Source of the DNA: Podarcis vaucheri
Taxonomy: Eukaryota
Direction: 5' to 3' (one strand)
NCBI GenBank assembly: GCA_965113315.1
Contig: OZ220368.1
Length of the DNA: 64,000 bases
Each line of letters begins with the position of its first letter. Within the stretch, counting starts at the first letter, position 1. The translations under genes were made by a program, and so were the position numbers. The notes under the pieces were generated by a model. The model made no database searches. It was not told the DNA's origin and was given only the letters and a program-made list of their open reading frames with translations. Below are positions 57,201 to 64,000 of the stretch, in pieces.

Positions 57201-60013
57201 GCAGACATCTTGACCTACAGCCATAGAACACTACAGCAGAAAAGAAATAAACTAATAAAAGAAAGAAGATCTGTAATGGTCTCAAATACACACCTGAGTA
57301 GCTGCATTTTCATCCGGAAAAGTAGCAAAAGCAGTGTGTTTCTGAGGGGGGGAAAGAACATGCCAAACGTTGAATTTCCAATATAAGCAGAGAGAACATT
57401 AACACACAAATTATCCAATGTATTGCAGAATTTTAAACGTGAATGTGGCTGCACCTAAAGGCAAAGCAGGAAGGGCAACCATCTTTCTTTCTCCTCCCCT
57501 TGTTAGAACTGGAACACCAAGAAAGAGTCTAAGACGTGGAATCAGTACTTTTTGAGTCCAGTTTTCTAATCAGCTCCGAATCCCCTATTTAACCAGTTTC
57601 CTAGTTTTCAGTAAATACATGATTGCCACTTTACGCTGCTCTGCATTCTGAGTAGAGGTTACTCATAGACATTTGTAGATATATCTTGAGCCGCTTTGCA
57701 TGGCACTCTTAATATAAGCAGGCACGAAAATAGAAGAAACTTGGCTTTGTGAGCAGGCTCCAAAAGAGAAGCTCCCAGACACTTTGCTCCTCCCTGGTCC
57801 TTTCTGCTGCTGCACTAACCCAACATTTGGTTTAGTGTGCAACACCACACTGGCCATTGTATTTTATTTTTAACTCTTATCACACAACACTTTGAGATCA
57901 TTATTATTATTATTGTATTACTATTTTAAAGCAAGTGGTCTATAATTTGATACAATAAATATATGTGCCAGATGTTAACAAATGGTCAAAGTGTGCGTGT
58001 ATATCAATTTATCTATCCACACACATACCAACAAGCATGTTAGTATTATTTATTTATTACTTTCGTGCGCTGCCCTATAATCATAGATTTCAGGTCCATT
58101 CTCCACGTTAACATCACAATCCGGGCCGGATTTAGGTTTGTTGAGGCCCTAAGCTACTGAAGGTAATGGGGGCCTCTTATATGTCCAGCTGTCCTTTCTC
58201 AACAACAAATTGTCGCTTTTTTGTGATGAATTTATGCTATATGGTAATTTATGGACCTAATAGGTATCTAAAGACATTTGCATAAGTTGCCAAGCAACCA
58301 GTCCATGCACAATATAGGCACCCTATATATAGAAATGAGCAAACCAGTGATATTTTAGAGCAGGCGGGGCCCATTACTTACATCATCGGAGCCTACACAA
58401 CACAAAACACTGTTGCTGTATGTAGGTTTTATTTTATTTGTTTTTCTCTTATATTTTGGAAATGTACATCCAGGTTTTTTCCTTTACATTTTTTTGGGGC
58501 CCCTAAGAGAGTGGTGCCCTAAGCTATAGTTTGTTTAGCTTATATGTGAATCTAGCACTGATCACAATATAAAAACAGAACAAAACAGAAAACATGCAAT
58601 AAAAACAAAAACAACCCCATAATCCTCGCCCCCCCCCCCGCTTTCAGAACACATTTTAAAAGGGCATCAGATGTCAATCAGCCAAAAGCCTTTTTGGAGA
58701 GGAATGCTTTCACCTGGCGCCTAAAGGTGTACAGTGAAGACACCAGCCGGACCCCCCTGGGTGGCATAGGTGGTGTTCCTATCAAGGCTTAAGGCAAAAC
58801 AAGAAGGCGCCACCTTGCCTGACCTTCCTGCCCCTGGTTCTCCACCTGCCACATTCTGGTAGAGAAGCGGTGAATCCGGGTGAAATTATTATTATCATTA
58901 ATTGAATTTATATAACGCCCTATACCCAGGGGTCTCAGGGCATGCTCAGCTCCAGCCAAAACTGACACTGCTTCTGCCGCGGCTTCTACCCAGGGCTGGA
59001 TTTAGGTTTGATGAGGCCCTGAGCTACTGAAGGTAATGGGGGCCTTTATATGTCCAGCTGTCCTTTGTCAACAACAAATTGTCGCTGTTTTTTGCGTTGA
59101 ATATATGCTATATGGTAATTTATGGTATCTAAAGCCATTTGCACGTAACAAAATATGTCAAAGTAATTGTTGAACTGAAATACAATTAAGAAGAAGTATA
59201 TGGGGGGGGGGCACAAGAGAGTGGGGCCCTAAGCTCATGGGTAGGCAAACTAAGGCCCAGGGACTGGATCCTGCCCAATCGCCTTCTAAATCTGGCCCAG
59301 GGACGGTCTGGGAATCAGCGTCTTTTTACATGAGTAGAATGTGTCCTATTATTTAAAATGCATCTCTGGGTTATCTGTGGGGCATAGTAATTCGCTCATT
59401 CCCCCCCCCTTCCAAAACATAGTCCGGCCCCCCACAAGGTCTGAGGGACAGTGGACCGGCCCCCCAGCTGAAAGGGTTTGCTGACCCCTGAGCTTGTTTA
59501 GCTTATACGTAAATCCGGTCAGTGGCGTAGCGTGGGGGGTGCAGGGGGTGGGTGCCGGCCGCACCAGGCGCAACATCTAGGGGTTAGGGTTAGGGGGCGC
59601 AAATCCACGGGTTAGGGGGCGCAAATTACTTGCCTTGCCCCGGGTGCTGACAACCCACGCTACGCCACTGAATCCGGCACTGGTTCTGCAACCTTAGAAG
59701 CTTCTTCTGCCGCCCGAGGCAGCTGCCTCCGTCTGCCTAACGCCAGAGGCGGCTCTGGCACCGCGGCTGCCTCAGGCGGCAGCAGCCCCCCGAGGGCGGC
59801 ATTTCACGCCCCGGCCGCCCGCCCCGGCCGCGCCTTCCCTACCAGCCTCCCGCGGTCGGACAGGACCCGCACGGAAGCGGCCCCGAAGTGCCTCAGCAAG
59901 CTCTCCTTCTCCGAAGCCGTCAGCGAGGCGGGGAGGTGCCGCACCAGCAGGATCCGCCCGCTTCTCCCCGGTCGCAGCGGCCGGGCCGTCTGCTCCGAGC
60001 TGGGCGCCGCCAT
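46429..60013 (-). CDS. RNPC3: RNA-binding region-containing protein 3 (U11/U12 snRNP 65 kDa), 14 coding exons, 511 aa
   Basis: Exons 59843-60013, 57294-57341, 55934-56052, 55020-55103, 53692-53803, 51998-52066, 50949-51088, 49710-49835, 49248-49384, 48942-49109, 48641-48735, 48498-48556, 47651-47783, 46429-46503 (total 1536 nt, open frame). N-terminal RRM (LLVRHLP...KHTAFATF), proline-rich linker, C-terminal RRM (IYVKNL...KGQAFVGL). Synteny with amylase matches other vertebrates. Confidence 0.96.
46504..47650 (-). other. RNPC3: U12-type (minor spliceosome) GT-AG intron 13 of RNPC3
   Basis: 5' splice site GTATCCTTT at 47650-47642; branch sequence TTCCTTAAT at 46521-46513, about 10 nt from the AG; no polypyrimidine tract. 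Confidence 0.92.
47142..47275. mobile_element. Palindromic hAT MITE within the U12 intron
   Basis: Long TIRs; TSD GCCTTGAT. Confidence 0.85.
47651..47783 (-). CDS. RNPC3: RNPC3 exon 13
   Basis: FDIRLMKEGRMKGQAFVGLP...KPMVV; 133 nt, followed by U12-type donor. Confidence 0.95.
48498..48556 (-). CDS. RNPC3: RNPC3 exon 12
   Basis: DLKFIFGRYVDFSSETERIM; 59 nt. Confidence 0.94.
48641..48735 (-). CDS. RNPC3: RNPC3 exon 11
   Basis: EMETLAVFRNYEPGEPNCRIYVKNLSKQVQER; 95 nt. Confidence 0.94.
48942..49109 (-). CDS. RNPC3: RNPC3 exon 10
   Basis: DIYAAID...GFGKILP...PSEFVSKRELEKGR; 168 nt. Confidence 0.92.
49248..49384 (-). CDS. RNPC3: RNPC3 exon 9
   Basis: NLHPALSPSDVFEQPHPVG...IEFHIS; 137 nt. Confidence 0.9.
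49710..49835 (-). CDS. RNPC3: RNPC3 exon 8
   Basis: FTKLMELATLQPKR...RKKRKIKDLL...; 126 nt. Confidence 0.93.
50949..51088 (-). CDS. RNPC3: RNPC3 exon 7
   Basis: YEEYIPLPPP...ESEYESADEEEKER; 140 nt. Confidence 0.93.
51151..51203. repeat. Compound (GT)n(GA)n microsatellite
   Basis: Direct reading. Confidence 0.95.
51732..51948. mobile_element. Tc1/mariner (Tigger-like) MITE, opposite orientation
   Basis: Same family; TA TSD. Confidence 0.85.
51998..52066 (-). CDS. RNPC3: RNPC3 exon 6
   Basis: VLHLMNKMNLPPPFGPVTPRPPM; 69 nt. Confidence 0.94.
53692..53803 (-). CDS. RNPC3: RNPC3 exon 5
   Basis: LTFPINSCLKYRYPPP...VPKFYVQ; 112 nt. Confidence 0.94.
54486..54839. mobile_element. Tc1/mariner-type MITE, second family, CpG-rich
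   Basis: TIRs CAGTGGTGCCCCGCAAGACGAA / TTCGTCTTGCGAGGCACCACTG; TA TSD; internal AAGACGAA repeats. Confidence 0.85.
55020..55103 (-). CDS. RNPC3: RNPC3 exon 4
   Basis: LEEPVKEE...GIAPSHG; 84 nt. Confidence 0.9.
55934..56052 (-). CDS. RNPC3: RNPC3 exon 3
   Basis: ALSRLHQLNLLGHTLVVEYAK...; 119 nt. Confidence 0.93.
56645..56780. mobile_element. Palindromic hAT MITE
   Basis: TIRs CAGGCTTCCTCA / TGAGGAAGCCTG; TSD CT(C/T)TACAG. Confidence 0.8.
57294..57341 (-). CDS. RNPC3: RNPC3 exon 2
   Basis: KHTAFATFPDENAATQ; 48 nt. Confidence 0.92.
58121..58560. mobile_element. hAT non-autonomous element
   Basis: Perfect 8-bp TSD ATCACAAT; sister of 58991-59682. Confidence 0.82.
58991..59682. mobile_element. 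hAT element carrying two nested MITEs (59236-59490 and 59520-59670)
   Basis: Collinear with 58121-58560 but interrupted twice; inner element 59520-59670 has 17-bp TIRs CAGTGGCGTAGCGTGGG and TSD AATCCGG(T/C). Confidence 0.78.
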
Positions 60014-60460
60014 GTCGCCTCGCCGCACGGACTGAGCATGCGCCCTGCAGCCCCTGACGCCAACCGCCGGGAAGGAAAACCTCGGAGAACCTCGCGAGAG
60101 TGAAGGCGTTCTCAGGAGGGCGAGGACCAAAGGGACCGTCCCGTCGCTCTTTCGACGAAGAACTGCGGTACTCAATCGAAATGGAGGGCTGCTTTGCCCT
60201 TTGATAGCAGACGAGCGGAAGACTTTTCGCCTGTGGCAGTGGTGATGATGATGATGAAGAAAAAGAAGTTGTTTATAGACTGTCTAATAATACCCACAGA
60301 GTGTTCATGGCGGATGCCTGCGTTCAGTTTAGCACCGGAAGTTTAAGCTGTTTCTCTAGATGCCCTTTGGATTGGGCATGCGCTGTAGGGGAAAGAAAGG
60401 TCCCAGTGGGCGGAAGTGTTCAAGTGCTGGCGGTAGTAAAGCGAAGCGGCTTCAGGTCGG
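59700..60460. promoter_or_regulatory. CpG-island housekeeping promoter of RNPC3, possibly bidirectional
   Basis: CpG-dense region; NRF1-like GCATGCGC at 60036-60043 and 60376-60383; CCTCGCGAGA at 60090-60099; ETS ACCGGAAGT at 60334-60342 and CGGAAGTG at 60411-60418; ATTGG at 60371-60375. Confidence 0.8.
59843..60013 (-). CDS. RNPC3: RNPC3 exon 1
   Basis: MAAPSSEQ...LLVRHLPA...LSDRGRL; in CpG island; donor GTAGGG. Confidence 0.93.
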
Positions 60461-63400
60461 TTTCCAGCCTTCTCTGTTCTCAAACTTAGGATCCTCCCCA
60501 CCCACCTATTGTTGGACTACAATTCCCATGAACCCTTAGCAAGCAGTATCAACGATCAGGGGTGATGGGAGTTGTTGTCCAACAACAGCTGGGGACCCAA
60601 GGATGAGAAACAAAAAGCCATCGCTCTTTGCTTCAGTAGAGAATAATGGAAGCTGATGCTGTGCGGGTCTTGCTTCTATTTTTAAATCTTTAACGTTATT
60701 CCTCTGGTCAAAGACTGGTAAACAAAGGTTTTTAAATAAATTTCCAGCCGATCTGTCCTTATGGCTTTTTGATTAATTTACTGATTTAATCCATCTATCC
60801 TTATCTCTTTTTGATTAATTCACTGAGTCAATCCACATACGTTTTGCATACCAAATTATGAAGGGTGGAGACGTGCTGCTCTCAGATCATGCACAATCTG
60901 TTGCAGATATATTTAAAACAGCTGACTTTTTTTAAAAAAAAGAAAATGTGTTGCCTGATTAATCAGGGACTGCTTTTAATTAACCGAAAAAGAAAAAAGG
61001 CTAAAAGGTCGCAGAATCGGATAGACGCTTCTATAAAATTATGAATCCTGAGAGGTGCCCCACTCTTTTTCTACTGTAGATACAGCTGTGCCTATTTTCC
61101 TCCTCTTGGCATTTAGATAGAATTTAGGTCTGTTCTCTGTCGTTAGAAGTAAGAAAGAAGCTGATGTTTATATAAGATACAGCATAAGGGCTCTCTCTGT
61201 TAAAGACAGCATTGCACATATTTCTTACTAGTAATTCAGAATTTAATGCACAAGAAGAATCTCACTCACTAGTAGCTACGTTTTCTTCCACTTTGTTTGG
61301 GGGGGGGGTTAGAAATGTGACTGACTCGTCACTATAGCTCTTCATAAATCACAGAGGGTGTCTGTCACTATAGGTTGTAGAATGAATGGCAGGCTTTGGC
61401 CTGAATGAAAGCTTAATTTTAAAAATGTGGAAAGCACTATGAAATCACTTCATCAACGTTACATACTCTTCTATTCAAAATCTAGCCATGTGTGCATCAA
61501 ACACTAAAATAGTAACAGGATATATAAGCCAAAATGCATTGCCTCTAAGCACAGATGACGCTCATCAAAGATAAACGTTGCATTTTATGGCTACAATCCT
61601 AATGCACACTTATCTGATGGAGAGCCACATTGAAATTGATGGGAATCACTTCTGAACAAACCTGGATTTGCTCGGACCATCAACATGACATTTAAAAAAC
61701 TCATGAATATTGGGTTGATTCATTTTGTTTGCGGAAGTGGCTAAGATCCAGCAGTAAACCCTCCAATCTGTATATCAGAATATCATGCAGGTTGTGGGGT
61801 CTTCCATAAAGCTGTTTATCTTTTACACCATGAGCACCTCTAGAATGAGAGTTGCTGCCATCATCATCACCACCACCATCTGTCCCACTTACTACTTTTC
61901 AAGGTTATTTCAGAATTTGGGCTTTCTTATCCTACTTAATATTATAGCCTGCCTTGCTTAGACAAGAAGTATACAGAATATATAGAATATAAGTTGCAAT
62001 GTGGAATATTGAGGCTGACAAAGACTTTGAAAATGGTTTATTCTGTTAGTGGCAGGAAAGTGTGGCTTTTAAAATTCTGTAAGACCATCCCCATAGCTCC
62101 CCAGAACTCCTTTTCCTGGCCGAGTTCACTAGTGAAATGTAGAGCAACCCTGGATGGGTTATTAGATAAAATTGAGTTTTGCTTTAGAGTCAGCTTATCT
62201 GTCTCATCTGTGTAGGTAGTTTTGGAAATTCCAATAATATGATTGAGTTTCACTTCTCAGTTTGAAGTGAACATCAAAGGCACTCCAAAAACAGAATATA
62301 GAAACACTGAGGGTCCTGCCATTTTGAAAATCAAAATGGACAAGGAGATTCTGTTATCTGATTATTCAGTATAAAATACTTGGCTTTCATTGTGATTTTC
62401 TGGCAGCGGGGAAGAGGAATTTGTGGGTTATATTCTGTCCTCTTAGCGGTTTGCAGGGAGATAAGTGGGATGAATCGTTTGTGTGGGTTTTCTTTTCCTC
62501 TAAGCTACTTTTGTTCAGTGAAAATAAATGAAACTGACACAGTTTTTCCAAAACCCTGCATTGTGCCTTAACTGTATGAGAACCAACTTACAAGATCCTT
62601 TAGAAGATAAATTATAACAACAAAGTCAAAATCCTATTCAGACAATAAGTTTGAAAAACGTTGTTCATCCTTCAGGACAACACGTTAATCTTCACTCACT
62701 GATAAATAAAAAGTGCAAGTGAACTTGACGTTTGTAAATCCTTTTAAATGCTCCACCCACTCTCAGGATACAAGAGTCTTTGTTTTAGGGTAATTTTTCA
62801 CATTAACTAAAAACAGAATCCGATCTGTTGAAAGTGAAGGTGATGACTAGGGGGAAAGGGATGGTTTGGCATATCCTTAAACTGTAAGCTGATTGTGGGT
62901 AGCCATTTTGCAAAACAAATGTAAAGAAATAGTGGGTTGGTGTCAGCATTGTACATTCAGTGATTTCCCAGAAAATAATGTCACCATGAATTTAAAAGAC
63001 AGTGAGCCAGCCTGCTCTCTGAGGCAACAGTAGGTCTGCCATATTCCTGATGTGATGTTATAGCCAATGATTCCCAGACACCATGTAAAAATAGTGTTAT
63101 GTACTGAAGTTCTCACCCTGGGCCAGCAGGGGGATACTGTAGATAGTTATGCAAATGAAGGGTCGAAAGTGACGTTCAGTGATTGGATAGTTTTAGAAAG
63201 TTGTTACAGTAACGTGGTATTGGAGCTCTATGTAAGCAGGCTGACTGAGCCCTTCAGTTCAGTTCTGTCCTGGCCTGTGAATAAACAAGAGCTGTTTGAA
63301 GAATCGCTGTGTCGTCTGATATGTTCACCCACAACTTAACAAATAGGTATTGGTATGACAAATGCCAGCTCCCTTGGCCTATAGAGCGAGATGAGCGCCG

Positions 63401-63489
63401 CAAGCCCAGAGTCGTCCGTGACTGGACCTAATGGTTAGGGGTACCTTTACCTTTAGTGTAGTGTTGGTAGGCATTATGTCTCACATCAC

Positions 63490-63871
63490 AGGGATGCGGG
63501 TGGCGCTGTAATTGAAATCATTGAGCCTCTTGGGCTTGCTGATCAGAAGGTCGGCGGTTCGAATTCTGCGACTGGGTGAACTCCCATTGCTCTGTCCCAG
63601 CTTGTGTCAACCTAGCAGTTCAAAAGCACGCCAGTACAAGTAGATAAATAGGTACCACTGTGGCGGGAAGGTAAACAGCGTTTCTGTGCGCTCTGATTTC
63701 CGTCATGGTGTTCCATTGCACCAGAAGCGGTTTAGTGATGCTGGCCACATGACTCTGAAAGCTGTCTGTGGACAAGCGCCAGCTCTCTTGGGCTGAAAGC
63801 AAGATGAGCTCCACAACCCCATGGTCGCCTTTGACTGGACTTAACTGTCCAGGGGTCCTTTACCTTTACCT
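63490..63871 (+). mobile_element. Sauria SINE (preceded by a 3' fragment at about 63363-63455)
   Basis: Full-length copy with TSD TTATGTCTCAC(A/G)TCAC. Confidence 0.85.
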
Positions 63872-64000
63872 TTATGTCTCACGTCACTTAAGGGCAAGAA
63901 AAGTGTGGGAGAGAAAATACTGGGAGGTTAGATGCTAAGGTGATGACTTATAAATAGTCAAAAGTGTCCCCACATTGACAAAGTATTTGCATGAATTTCT

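Noticed and set aside
59576-59618. Interstitial telomere or chromosome fusion scar
   Set aside because: Only about three TTAGGG units, all internal to a TIR/TSD-bounded MITE.

Overview
Vertebrate genomic DNA from a squamate, probably a lacertid lizard (inferred from Sauria SINE, Squam3-like SINEs and BovB). There are three intact minus-strand protein-coding genes in the conserved RNPC3-amylase order. RNPC3 (minor-spliceosome U11/U12-65K protein) has 14 coding exons at 46429-60013 (511 aa). Two tandem 10-exon alpha-amylase paralogs follow: a divergent copy B at 21730-33798 (514 aa) and a canonical pancreatic-type copy A at 6626-15311 (512 aa). I read all exon boundaries by hand, and the phases close into open frames. 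Non-coding highlights: (1) a young Penelope-type repeat carrying minimal hammerhead ribozyme motifs, present once as a TSD-flanked tandem dimer delimiting a 174-nt retrozyme-like unit (25929-26231) and once as a perfect 90-bp inverted repeat (13715-13907); (2) RNPC3 autoregulatory architecture, namely a U12-type intron plus a tandem GTATCCTTT USSE enhancer 46 nt behind an alternative 3' splice site in the 3' UTR; (3) a splice acceptor in amylase B where amylase A has its TATA box, with a candidate distal CpG/CCAAT promoter about 7 kb upstream; (4) amylase B has an altered starch-binding surface site; (5) many SINEs, LINE fragments and hAT/Tc1 MITEs, including a nested stack in RNPC3 intron 1. 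Repeat family names are by recognition, not database search, and some repeat boundaries are approximate.
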